A DNA stretch of 64,000 bases from the human T2T-CHM13v2.0 reference genome, Homo sapiens, in NCBI RefSeq assembly GCF_009914755.1, contig NC_060940.1. One strand, given 5' to 3'. Below, piece by piece: positions 42,713 through 57,900 of this stretch. The position numbers and the translations under genes were made by a program. The notes beneath the pieces are model-generated. The model did not search any database, was not told the origin of the DNA, and worked only from the letters and a program-made list of their open reading frames with translations. Numbering within the stretch: position 1 is the stretch's first letter; each line of letters starts with the position of its first letter.

Positions 42713-45700
42713 ATTCCATTCGTTGATGATTCGATTCCATTCAATGATGATTCCATTTGAGTTCATTCGATGATTCTATTCGATTCCGTTCGATGGTGAT
42801 TCAATTCTATTATATTGGATGATTCCACTCGATTCCATTTGATGATTATTCCATTGGAGTCCACTTAGTGAATCCTTTAGATTCTACTCGACGATGATTC
42901 CATTCGAGTCCATTCGATGATACCATTCAATTCAATTCGTTGATGCTTCCATTCAAGTGCATTCGATGATATCATTCGATTCCATTTGATGATAATTCCA
43001 TTTGATTCCATGCGATGATTCTATTCGATTCCATTCAATGATAATTCCATTCAATTCAGTGATTCCTCTGGACTCCATTTGATGATGATTCCATTCAATG
43101 ATTCCATTCGATTCTATTCGAAAATGATTCCATTTGAATCCATTTGATGATGATTCCATTAGATTCCATTTGATGATTCCATTCGATTCCATTCGACGAT
43201 GATTCCATTCGATTCCGTTTGATGATTCCATTCTATTCTATTTGATGATGATTCCATTCGATTCCATTCGATGATGATTGGATTCGATTCCATTGGATGA
43301 TTTCATTTGATTCCATTCGTTAATGATTTCGATCAATTCCATTCGATGATTCCATTCGATTCCATTCGATAATGATTACATCCGAGTCCATTCGATGATT
43401 CCCTTTGAGCCTGTTCGATAATTCCATTTGAGTCCAACCAATGATTCCATTCATTTCCATTCAATGATTCCATTCGAGTCCATTTGATCATTCCGGTAGG
43501 GTCCATTCGATGTTGATTCCATTGGAGTGCATTCGATGATTCCATTCGAGTCCATTTTAGGATTTGATTCGAGTCCTTTCGATGATTCCATTCGATTCCA
43601 CTCGATGATGATTTCATTCGAGTCCATTCGACACTTCCAATCGATTCCATTTGATGATTCCATTCGAGTCCAATTGATGATTCCATTCAATTCCATTCGA
43701 TGATGATTCCGTACGATTCCATTCTGTGATGATTCCATGTGATTGCATTCAATGATGATTCCTTTCGATTGCATTCGATTATGATTCATTTCGTGTTCAT
43801 TCTATGGTTCCACAGGTTTCCATTCGTGTCCATTCCATTATTCCATTCTATTCCATTTGATGATGATTCCATTCGATTCCATTCATTGGTGATTCCACTC
43901 AATTCCATTCAATGATTCCATTCCATTTCTTTCAACAATGATTCCATTAGTTTCTAATCGATGATCCACTTGATTCCATTTGACGACGATTCCATTCTTG
44001 TCCATTCGATGATTCCATTTGATTCCATATGATGATGATTCCATTCGATTCCATACCATGATGATTCCATTCGAGTCCATTCAATGGTGATTCCATTCAA
44101 TTCCATTCGATGATTCCTTTTGATTCCATTCGATGATGATGGCATTCGATTCCTTTCAATCATTCCCTTTGATTCCATTCAAAGGTGATTTCATTCAAGT
44201 CCATTCGATAATTGCATTCGATTCCATTCTATGATGATTCCATTCGAGTCCATTTGATGATTCCATTCAATTCAAGTCAATGATGATTCCATTCGATTCC
44301 ATTCGATGATTCCATTGGATTCCATTCGATGATGATTCCATTCAAATCCATTCGATAATTCAATTCAAGTCCATTCGATGATGATTCCAATCGAATCCAT
44401 TCAAAGATTCCATTCAGTTCCATTCGATGATTCCCTTAGATTCCATTCGATGATTCCACTTGATTGCATTTACGATGATTCCATTCGATTCCATGTGATG
44501 ATTCCATTCAATTCTATTCAATGATGTCTCCATTTGATTCCATTCGACCATGATTGCCTTTGATTCCATTCAATGATTCCATTCGGTTCCGTTTGATGAT
44601 GATTCCGTTCGATTCCATTTGATGATTCCATTGGATTCCATTGGATGAGTCCATTCGATTACATTCGATGATTATTCCATTCGAGTGCATTAGATGATTC
44701 CATTCGAGTCCATTCGATGATTCCATTCGATTCCATTCGATGTTGATTCTGTTCAAATCCATTCGATGATTCCACTCGATTCCATTCGTTGACTCCATTT
44801 GATCCCATTCGATGATTTCCTTTGATTCCCTTTGATGATCATTCCATTTGATTCAATTCGGTGATTTCATTTGATTCCATTCAGTGATGTTTCCATTCGA
44901 CTCCATTCGATGATGATTCCATTCGACTCCATTCGATTATGATTTCATTCAATTCCATTCGATAATGATTCCCTTCGAGTCCATTCGATGATTCCATTCG
45001 ATTCCATTCAACGATGATTTGATTCGTGTCCATTCGATGATTCCATTTGATTCCACTTGATGATGATTCCATTCGAGTCCATTTGATGATTCCATTCAAT
45101 TCCATACTCCGATGATTTCTTTTGAGCCCACTCAATGCTTCCACTCGATTCCATATGATGATGACTCCATTCGATGAAATTCGATGATGATTCCATTCGC
45201 TTGCTTTCGATGATGATTCCACTTGAGTCCGTTAGAAGATTCTATTCAATTACATTCCATGACGATTCCGTTCGAGTCCATTTGATGATTCCATTAGACT
45301 CCATTCGACGATGATTCCATTCGATGTTATTCGATGATTCCATTCGATCTCATTCGATGATGATTCCATTCAACTCCATTCGATGTTTCCATTCGAGTTC
45401 ATTCTATTATTCCATTAGATTCCATTCGATGATGATTCCATTCGATTCCATTTGATGATTGCATTCTATTTCATTTGATGATGATTCCATTCGAGTCCAC
45501 TCGATGATTCCATTCGAGTCCATTTAATGAATCCATTGGTTTCAATTCTATGATGATTACATTGGATTCCATTCGTTGATGATTTCATTCGGTTCCATTC
45601 AATGATGATTCCATTCAATTCCTTTCAATGTTTCCATTCAATTCCATACGATGATGATTCCATTTGATTTGATTCGACAGTGAGCCATTCGATTCAATTC

Positions 45701-48700
45701 CATGATGATTCTATTTGATTCAATTGGTTGACATTTCCATTCGATTACATTCGATGATGATTCCCTTTGATTCCGTTCAAAGATGATTCCATTCTAGCCC
45801 ATTCAATCATTCCATTCGATTCTATTCAATGATGATTCCATTCATGTCGATTTGGTGATTCCATTTGACTTCATTTGATGATGATTCCTTTCAAGTTCAT
45901 TAGATGATTCCATTCGATTCCATTTGATGATGATCCCATTCGAGTCCATTCAGTGATTCCATTCGTTTCCATTCCATGATGATTCCATTCCTTTCCATTC
46001 AATGATTCCATTCGATTCCGTTTGATGATGATTTCATTCGAGTCCATTTGATGATTCCATTTGATTCCATTCGATGATGATTCCATTCGAGTCCATTCGA
46101 TGATTCTATTCGAATCCATTTGATGATTTCTTTTGATTATATTTGGTGATGATTCCATTGGAGTCCATTCAATGATTCCATTCTATTCCAATCGATGATG
46201 ATTCCATTAGAGTCCATTTAATGATTCCATTTGATTCCAGTCTCTGATGATTACATTCGAGTCCATACGATGATTCCACTCAATTCCATATGATGATGAT
46301 TCCATTTGATTCCATTCGGTGATTCCATTCTATTCTATTCAATGGTGATTCCATTCGAGTACATTAGATGATTCCATTCGTTTCCATTCAATGATGATTC
46401 TATTTGTGTCCCTTAGATGATTCCACATGATTCCATTAGATGATGATACTATTTGAGCCCATCCAATGATTCCCTTCGATTCCATTCGATGAGGATTCCA
46501 TTCGATTCAATTCATTGGTGATTCTATTCAATTCAATTCTTTGATTCCATTCCATTCCATTCGACAATGATTCCATTCGATTTCTTTCGATGATTCCACT
46601 CGATTCCACTTGACATTGATTCCATTCGATTCCATTCATTGATTCCATTTGATTCCAGTGGGTGATGATTGCCATCGATTCCATTCGATCACTCCATTCT
46701 ATTCCATTTGATGATGATTACATTCGATTCCATTTGATGATTCCATCTGATTCTATTCGAGGATTCCATTTGATTCCATTCGATGATGATTCCATTCGAG
46801 TCCATTCGATGATTTCATTCGAGTACATCCAATGATTCCATTCGAGTCCATTAGATGATTCCATTTGATTCCATTTGAAAATGATTCTACTAGAGTCCAT
46901 TCAATGACTCCATTCGAGTCCATTCAACAATTCCATTCGACTCCATTCGATGATTCCATTCGATTCCATTTGATGGTTCCATTCGAGTCCATTTAATCAT
47001 TACAGTCGAGTCCATTTGGTGATTCCACTGGATTTCTTTTGATAATGATACCATTCAATTGCATTTGATGATGATCCCATTCAATTTCATTTGATGATGA
47101 TTCCATTAGAGTCCATTCGATGATTTCATTCGAGTCCCTTCATTGATTCCATCCGATTTCATTGGATGATGACTCCATTCGAGTCCATTCGATGTTTCCA
47201 CTCGATTCCATTAGATGACTCCATTGGAGTCCATTTGATTGTTCCATTCGATTCCATTCGATTCCTTTCAAAGATTATTCCATTTGAGTCCATTCGATGA
47301 TGATTCCATTCCATTCCATTCGATGATTCCGTTTGATTCCATTCGATGATTCCCTTCGATTCCTTTCTTTGATGATTCCATTCCATTCCATTCAATGATT
47401 CCATTCGAATCTATTCCATGATGATTCCTTTCGATTCCATTCGCTGATGTTTCCGTTCAATTCCATTCGATGATGATTCCATTCGATTCCATTCATTGAG
47501 GATTCCATTTGATTCCATTCAATGATGATTCCATTCTATTCCATTCAATGATTGCATTCAATTCCATTCAATGATTATCCCATTAGAGTAAACTCAACGA
47601 TTCCATTCAATACCATTCGATGATGATTCCTTTTGAGTCCATTCAATGATTTCATTCAAGTCCATTTGATGATTCCTTTCAATTCCATTCTATGATGATT
47701 CCATTCGAGTCCATTCGATGATTCCATTCGATTGCATTCGATGATTCCATTATATTCCATTCAACGGTGATTCCATTCGAGTCCATTCCATGATTCCATT
47801 AGAGTACATTTAATGATTGCTTTGTTTTCAATTCGAAGATGATTACATTGGATTCCATTCTATGATACCATTCGATTCCATTCAATGATGATTCCACTCA
47901 AATCCATTGGATGATTCCATTCGTGTCCATTCGGTGATTTCATTAGATTCCATTCGAGGATGATTCCATTCGATTCCATTCGATGATTCCATTCAATTCC
48001 ATTCGATGATGATTCCATTCCAGTCCATATGATCATTCCATTTGATTTCATTCGATGATGATTCCATTCGATTCGATTCGACGATTCCATTCTATTCCAT
48101 TCGATGATGATTCCATTCGAGTCCATTCGATCATTCCATTCGAGTCCATTTAATGATTCCATTGGGTTCAATTCAATGATGATTACATTGGATTCCGTTC
48201 TATGATTCCATTCAATTCCGTTCATTGACAATTTGATTCCATTCGATGATGATTCCATTTGAGTTCATTCGATGATTCTATTCGATTCTCTTCGATGGTG
48301 ATTCAATTCTATTATATTGGATGATTCCATTCGATTCCATTTGATGTTGATTCAATTCGATTCTATTCGATGATGATTCCATTGGATTTCACTTGATGAT
48401 TCTATTCGATTCCATTCAATGATGATTCACTTCTCGTCCATTGGATGATTCCATTTCATTCCATTCGATGATGATTCCATTCGATTCCATTCGATGATTC
48501 CATTTGATTCCATGCGACGGTGAGCAATTCGATTCAATTCCATGATGATTCTATTTGATTCAATTAGATGATGTTTCCATTCGAATCCATTCCATGATTA
48601 TTCCATTGGAATCCATTCGGCGATGATTCCATATGAGTCAATTCAATGATGATTCCATATGGGTCCGTTCGATGATAATTCCATTTGATTTCATTCGATG

Positions 48701-48824
48701 CTTCTATTCTATTCCAGTCGATGATGATTCCGTTGGAGTCCATACGATGATTCCATTTGATTTCATTTGATGATGATTCCATTCGATGATGATTACATTG
48801 GATTCCATTCTATGATTCCATTCA
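42713..48824 (+). repeat. Higher-order unit 8 (6,112 bp)
   Basis: Landmark ORF 42953 recurs at 49065 (+6112). Confidence 0.95.
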
Positions 48825-51800
48825 ATTCCATTCGTTGATGATTCGATTCCATTCAATGATGATTCCATTTGAGTTCATTCGATGATTCTATTCGATTCCG
48901 TTCGATGGTGATTCAATTCTATTATATTGGATGATTCCACTCGATTCCATTTGATGATTATTCCATTGGAGTCCACTTAGTGAATCCTTTAGATTCTACT
49001 CGACGATGATTCCATTCGAGTCCATTCGATGATACCATTCAATTCAATTCGTTGATGCTTCCATTCAAGTGCATTCGATGATATCATTCGATTCCATTTG
49101 ATGATAATTCCATTTGATTCCATGCGATGATTCTATTCGATTCCATTCAATGATAATTCCATTCAATTCAGTGATTCCTCTGGACTCCATTTGATGATGA
49201 TTCCATTCAATGATTCCATTCGATTCTATTCGAAAATGATTCCATTTGAATCCATTTGATGATGATTCCATTAGATTCCATTTGATGATTCCATTCGATT
49301 CCATTCGACGATGATTCCATTCGATTCCGTTTGATGATTCCATTCTATTCTATTTGATGATGATTCCATTCGATTCCATTCGATGATGATTGGATTCGAT
49401 TCCATTGGATGATTTCATTTGATTCCATTCGTTAATGATTTCGATCAATTCCATTCGATGATTCCATTCGATTCCATTCGATAATGATTACATCCGAGTC
49501 CATTCGATGATTCCCTTTGAGCCTGTTCGATAATTCCATTTGAGTCCAACCAATGATTCCATTCATTTCCATTCAATGATTCCATTCGAGTCCATTTGAT
49601 CATTCCGGTAGGGTCCATTCGATGTTGATTCCATTGGAGTGCATTCGATGATTCCATTCGAGTCCATTTTAGGATTTGATTCGAGTCCTTTCGATGATTC
49701 CATTCGATTCCACTCGATGATGATTTCATTCGAGTCCATTCGACACTTCCAATCGATTCCATTTGATGATTCCATTCGAGTCCAATTGATGATTCCATTC
49801 AATTCCATTCGATGATGATTCCGTACGATTCCATTCTGTGATGATTCCATGTGATTGCATTCAATGATGATTCCTTTCGATTGCATTCGATTATGATTCA
49901 TTTCGTGTTCATTCTATGGTTCCACAGGTTTCCATTCGTGTCCATTCCATTATTCCATTCTATTCCATTTGATGATGATTCCATTCGATTCCATTCATTG
50001 GTGATTCCACTCAATTCCATTCAATGATTCCATTCCATTTCTTTCAACAATGATTCCATTAGTTTCTAATCGATGATCCACTTGATTCCATTTGACGACG
50101 ATTCCATTCTTGTCCATTCGATGATTCCATTTGATTCCATATGATGATGATTCCATTCGATTCCATACCATGATGATTCCATTCGAGTCCATTCAATGGT
50201 GATTCCATTCAATTCCATTCGATGATTCCTTTTGATTCCATTCGATGATGATGGCATTCGATTCCTTTCAATCATTCCCTTTGATTCCATTCAAAGGTGA
50301 TTTCATTCAAGTCCATTCGATAATTGCATTCGATTCCATTCTATGATGATTCCATTCGAGTCCATTTGATGATTCCATTCAATTCAAGTCAATGATGATT
50401 CCATTCGATTCCATTCGATGATTCCATTGGATTCCATTCGATGATGATTCCATTCAAATCCATTCGATAATTCAATTCAAGTCCATTCGATGATGATTCC
50501 AATCGAATCCATTCAAAGATTCCATTCAGTTCCATTCGATGATTCCCTTAGATTCCATTCGATGATTCCACTTGATTGCATTTACGATGATTCCATTCGA
50601 TTCCATGTGATGATTCCATTCAATTCTATTCAATGATGTCTCCATTTGATTCCATTCGACCATGATTGCCTTTGATTCCATTCAATGATTCCATTCGGTT
50701 CCGTTTGATGATGATTCCGTTCGATTCCATTTGATGATTCCATTGGATTCCATTGGATGAGTCCATTCGATTACATTCGATGATTATTCCATTCGAGTGC
50801 ATTAGATGATTCCATTCGAGTCCATTCGATGATTCCATTCGATTCCATTCGATGTTGATTCTGTTCAAATCCATTCGATGATTCCACTCGATTCCATTCG
50901 TTGACTCCATTTGATCCCATTCGATGATTTCCTTTGATTCCCTTTGATGATCATTCCATTTGATTCAATTCGGTGATTTCATTTGATTCCATTCAGTGAT
51001 GTTTCCATTCGACTCCATTCGATGATGATTCCATTCGACTCCATTCGATTATGATTTCATTCAATTCCATTCGATAATGATTCCCTTCGAGTCCATTCGA
51101 TGATTCCATTCGATTCCATTCAACGATGATTTGATTCGTGTCCATTCGATGATTCCATTTGATTCCACTTGATGATGATTCCATTCGAGTCCATTTGATG
51201 ATTCCATTCAATTCCATACTCCGATGATTTCTTTTGAGCCCACTCAATGCTTCCACTCGATTCCATATGATGATGACTCCATTCGATGAAATTCGATGAT
51301 GATTCCATTCGCTTGCTTTCGATGATGATTCCACTTGAGTCCGTTAGAAGATTCTATTCAATTACATTCCATGACGATTCCGTTCGAGTCCATTTGATGA
51401 TTCCATTAGACTCCATTCGACGATGATTCCATTCGATGTTATTCGATGATTCCATTCGATCTCATTCGATGATGATTCCATTCAACTCCATTCGATGTTT
51501 CCATTCGAGTTCATTCTATTATTCCATTAGATTCCATTCGATGATGATTCCATTCGATTCCATTTGATGATTGCATTCTATTTCATTTGATGATGATTCC
51601 ATTCGAGTCCACTCGATGATTCCATTCGAGTCCATTTAATGAATCCATTGGTTTCAATTCTATGATGATTACATTGGATTCCATTCGTTGATGATTTCAT
51701 TCGGTTCCATTCAATGATGATTCCATTCAATTCCTTTCAATGTTTCCATTCAATTCCATACGATGATGATTCCATTTGATTTGATTCGACAGTGAGCCAT

Positions 51801-54800
51801 TCGATTCAATTCCATGATGATTCTATTTGATTCAATTGGTTGACATTTCCATTCGATTACATTCGATGATGATTCCCTTTGATTCCGTTCAAAGATGATT
51901 CCATTCTAGCCCATTCAATCATTCCATTCGATTCTATTCAATGATGATTCCATTCATGTCGATTTGGTGATTCCATTTGACTTCATTTGATGATGATTCC
52001 TTTCAAGTTCATTAGATGATTCCATTCGATTCCATTTGATGATGATCCCATTCGAGTCCATTCAGTGATTCCATTCGTTTCCATTCCATGATGATTCCAT
52101 TCCTTTCCATTCAATGATTCCATTCGATTCCGTTTGATGATGATTTCATTCGAGTCCATTTGATGATTCCATTTGATTCCATTCGATGATGATTCCATTC
52201 GAGTCCATTCGATGATTCTATTCGAATCCATTTGATGATTTCTTTTGATTATATTTGGTGATGATTCCATTGGAGTCCATTCAATGATTCCATTCTATTC
52301 CAATCGATGATGATTCCATTAGAGTCCATTTAATGATTCCATTTGATTCCAGTCTCTGATGATTACATTCGAGTCCATACGATGATTCCACTCAATTCCA
52401 TATGATGATGATTCCATTTGATTCCATTCGGTGATTCCATTCTATTCTATTCAATGGTGATTCCATTCGAGTACATTAGATGATTCCATTCGTTTCCATT
52501 CAATGATGATTCTATTTGTGTCCCTTAGATGATTCCACATGATTCCATTAGATGATGATACTATTTGAGCCCATCCAATGATTCCCTTCGATTCCATTCG
52601 ATGAGGATTCCATTCGATTCAATTCATTGGTGATTCTATTCAATTCAATTCTTTGATTCCATTCCATTCCATTCGACAATGATTCCATTCGATTTCTTTC
52701 GATGATTCCACTCGATTCCACTTGACATTGATTCCATTCGATTCCATTCATTGATTCCATTTGATTCCAGTGGGTGATGATTGCCATCGATTCCATTCGA
52801 TCACTCCATTCTATTCCATTTGATGATGATTACATTCGATTCCATTTGATGATTCCATCTGATTCTATTCGAGGATTCCATTTGATTCCATTCGATGATG
52901 ATTCCATTCGAGTCCATTCGATGATTTCATTCGAGTACATCCAATGATTCCATTCGAGTCCATTAGATGATTCCATTTGATTCCATTTGAAAATGATTCT
53001 ACTAGAGTCCATTCAATGACTCCATTCGAGTCCATTCAACAATTCCATTCGACTCCATTCGATGATTCCATTCGATTCCATTTGATGGTTCCATTCGAGT
53101 CCATTTAATCATTACAGTCGAGTCCATTTGGTGATTCCACTGGATTTCTTTTGATAATGATACCATTCAATTGCATTTGATGATGATCCCATTCAATTTC
53201 ATTTGATGATGATTCCATTAGAGTCCATTCGATGATTTCATTCGAGTCCCTTCATTGATTCCATCCGATTTCATTGGATGATGACTCCATTCGAGTCCAT
53301 TCGATGTTTCCACTCGATTCCATTAGATGACTCCATTGGAGTCCATTTGATTGTTCCATTCGATTCCATTCGATTCCTTTCAAAGATTATTCCATTTGAG
53401 TCCATTCGATGATGATTCCATTCCATTCCATTCGATGATTCCGTTTGATTCCATTCGATGATTCCCTTCGATTCCTTTCTTTGATGATTCCATTCCATTC
53501 CATTCAATGATTCCATTCGAATCTATTCCATGATGATTCCTTTCGATTCCATTCGCTGATGTTTCCGTTCAATTCCATTCGATGATGATTCCATTCGATT
53601 CCATTCATTGAGGATTCCATTTGATTCCATTCAATGATGATTCCATTCTATTCCATTCAATGATTGCATTCAATTCCATTCAATGATTATCCCATTAGAG
53701 TAAACTCAACGATTCCATTCAATACCATTCGATGATGATTCCTTTTGAGTCCATTCAATGATTTCATTCAAGTCCATTTGATGATTCCTTTCAATTCCAT
53801 TCTATGATGATTCCATTCGAGTCCATTCGATGATTCCATTCGATTGCATTCGATGATTCCATTATATTCCATTCAACGGTGATTCCATTCGAGTCCATTC
53901 CATGATTCCATTAGAGTACATTTAATGATTGCTTTGTTTTCAATTCGAAGATGATTACATTGGATTCCATTCTATGATACCATTCGATTCCATTCAATGA
54001 TGATTCCACTCAAATCCATTGGATGATTCCATTCGTGTCCATTCGGTGATTTCATTAGATTCCATTCGAGGATGATTCCATTCGATTCCATTCGATGATT
54101 CCATTCAATTCCATTCGATGATGATTCCATTCCAGTCCATATGATCATTCCATTTGATTTCATTCGATGATGATTCCATTCGATTCGATTCGACGATTCC
54201 ATTCTATTCCATTCGATGATGATTCCATTCGAGTCCATTCGATCATTCCATTCGAGTCCATTTAATGATTCCATTGGGTTCAATTCAATGATGATTACAT
54301 TGGATTCCGTTCTATGATTCCATTCAATTCCGTTCATTGACAATTTGATTCCATTCGATGATGATTCCATTTGAGTTCATTCGATGATTCTATTCGATTC
54401 TCTTCGATGGTGATTCAATTCTATTATATTGGATGATTCCATTCGATTCCATTTGATGTTGATTCAATTCGATTCTATTCGATGATGATTCCATTGGATT
54501 TCACTTGATGATTCTATTCGATTCCATTCAATGATGATTCACTTCTCGTCCATTGGATGATTCCATTTCATTCCATTCGATGATGATTCCATTCGATTCC
54601 ATTCGATGATTCCATTTGATTCCATGCGACGGTGAGCAATTCGATTCAATTCCATGATGATTCTATTTGATTCAATTAGATGATGTTTCCATTCGAATCC
54701 ATTCCATGATTATTCCATTGGAATCCATTCGGCGATGATTCCATATGAGTCAATTCAATGATGATTCCATATGGGTCCGTTCGATGATAATTCCATTTGA

Positions 54801-54936
54801 TTTCATTCGATGCTTCTATTCTATTCCAGTCGATGATGATTCCGTTGGAGTCCATACGATGATTCCATTTGATTTCATTTGATGATGATTCCATTCGATG
54901 ATGATTACATTGGATTCCATTCTATGATTCCATTCA
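48825..54936 (+). repeat. Higher-order unit 9 (6,112 bp; near-copy of unit 8)
   Basis: Landmark ORF 49065 recurs at 55177. The ORF translations match those of unit 8. Confidence 0.95.
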
Positions 54937-57900
54937 ATTCCATTCGTTGATGATTCGATTCCATTCAATGATGATTCCATTTGAGTTCATTCGATGATTC
55001 TATTCGATTCCGTTCGATGGTGATTCAATTCTATTATATTGGATGATTCCACTCGATTCCATTTGATGATTATTCCATTGGAGTCCACTTAGTGAATCCT
55101 TTAGATTCTACTCGACGATGATTCCATTCGAGTCCATTCGATGATACCATTCAATTCAATTCGTTGATGCTTCCATTCAAGTGCATTCGATGATATCATT
55201 CGATTCCATTTGATGATAATTCCATTTGATTCCATGCGATGATTCTATTCGATTCCATTCAATGATAATTCCATTCAATTCAGTGATTCCTCTGGACTCC
55301 ATTTGATGATGATTCCATTCAATGATTCCATTCGATTCTATTCGAAAATGATTCCATTTGAATCCATTTGATGATGATTCCATTAGATTCCATTTGATGA
55401 TTCCATTCGATTCCATTCGACGATGATTCCATTCGATTCCGTTTGATGATTCCATTCTATTCTATTTGATGATGATTCCATTCGATTCCATTCGATGATG
55501 ATTGGATTCGATTCCATTGGATGATTTCATTTGATTCCATTCGTTAATGATTTCGATCAATTCCATTCGATGATTCCATTCGATTCCATTCGATAATGAT
55601 TACATCCGAGTCCATTCGATGATTCCCTTTGAGCCTGTTCGATAATTCCATTTGAGTCCAACCAATGATTCCATTCATTTCCATTCAATGATTCCATTCG
55701 AGTCCATTTGATCATTCCGGTAGGGTCCATTCGATGTTGATTCCATTGGAGTGCATTCGATGATTCCATTCGAGTCCATTTTAGGATTTGATTCGAGTCC
55801 TTTCGATGATTCCATTCGATTCCACTCGATGATGATTTCATTCGAGTCCATTCGACACTTCCAATCGATTCCATTTGATGATTCCATTCGAGTCCAATTG
55901 ATGATTCCATTCAATTCCATTCGATGATGATTCCGTACGATTCCATTCTGTGATGATTCCATGTGATTGCATTCAATGATGATTCCTTTCGATTGCATTC
56001 GATTATGATTCATTTCGTGTTCATTCTATGGTTCCACAGGTTTCCATTCGTGTCCATTCCATTATTCCATTCTATTCCATTTGATGATGATTCCATTCGA
56101 TTCCATTCATTGGTGATTCCACTCAATTCCATTCAATGATTCCATTCCATTTCTTTCAACAATGATTCCATTAGTTTCTAATCGATGATCCACTTGATTC
56201 CATTTGACGACGATTCCATTCTTGTCCATTCGATGATTCCATTTGATTCCATATGATGATGATTCCATTCGATTCCATACCATGATGATTCCATTCGAGT
56301 CCATTCAATGGTGATTCCATTCAATTCCATTCGATGATTCCTTTTGATTCCATTCGATGATGATGGCATTCGATTCCTTTCAATCATTCCCTTTGATTCC
56401 ATTCAAAGGTGATTTCATTCAAGTCCATTCGATAATTGCATTCGATTCCATTCTATGATGATTCCATTCGAGTCCATTTGATGATTCCATTCAATTCAAG
56501 TCAATGATGATTCCATTCGATTCCATTCGATGATTCCATTGGATTCCATTCGATGATGATTCCATTCAAATCCATTCGATAATTCAATTCAAGTCCATTC
56601 GATGATGATTCCAATCGAATCCATTCAAAGATTCCATTCAGTTCCATTCGATGATTCCCTTAGATTCCATTCGATGATTCCACTTGATTGCATTTACGAT
56701 GATTCCATTCGATTCCATGTGATGATTCCATTCAATTCTATTCAATGATGTCTCCATTTGATTCCATTCGACCATGATTGCCTTTGATTCCATTCAATGA
56801 TTCCATTCGGTTCCGTTTGATGATGATTCCGTTCGATTCCATTTGATGATTCCATTGGATTCCATTGGATGAGTCCATTCGATTACATTCGATGATTATT
56901 CCATTCGAGTGCATTAGATGATTCCATTCGAGTCCATTCGATGATTCCATTCGATTCCATTCGATGTTGATTCTGTTCAAATCCATTCGATGATTCCACT
57001 CGATTCCATTCGTTGACTCCATTTGATCCCATTCGATGATTTCCTTTGATTCCCTTTGATGATCATTCCATTTGATTCAATTCGGTGATTTCATTTGATT
57101 CCATTCAGTGATGTTTCCATTCGACTCCATTCGATGATGATTCCATTCGACTCCATTCGATTATGATTTCATTCAATTCCATTCGATAATGATTCCCTTC
57201 GAGTCCATTCGATGATTCCATTCGATTCCATTCAACGATGATTTGATTCGTGTCCATTCGATGATTCCATTTGATTCCACTTGATGATGATTCCATTCGA
57301 GTCCATTTGATGATTCCATTCAATTCCATACTCCGATGATTTCTTTTGAGCCCACTCAATGCTTCCACTCGATTCCATATGATGATGACTCCATTCGATG
57401 AAATTCGATGATGATTCCATTCGCTTGCTTTCGATGATGATTCCACTTGAGTCCGTTAGAAGATTCTATTCAATTACATTCCATGACGATTCCGTTCGAG
57501 TCCATTTGATGATTCCATTAGACTCCATTCGACGATGATTCCATTCGATGTTATTCGATGATTCCATTCGATCTCATTCGATGATGATTCCATTCAACTC
57601 CATTCGATGTTTCCATTCGAGTTCATTCTATTATTCCATTAGATTCCATTCGATGATGATTCCATTCGATTCCATTTGATGATTGCATTCTATTTCATTT
57701 GATGATGATTCCATTCGAGTCCACTCGATGATTCCATTCGAGTCCATTTAATGAATCCATTGGTTTCAATTCTATGATGATTACATTGGATTCCATTCGT
57801 TGATGATTTCATTCGGTTCCATTCAATGATGATTCCATTCAATTCCTTTCAATGTTTCCATTCAATTCCATACGATGATGATTCCATTTGATTTGATTCG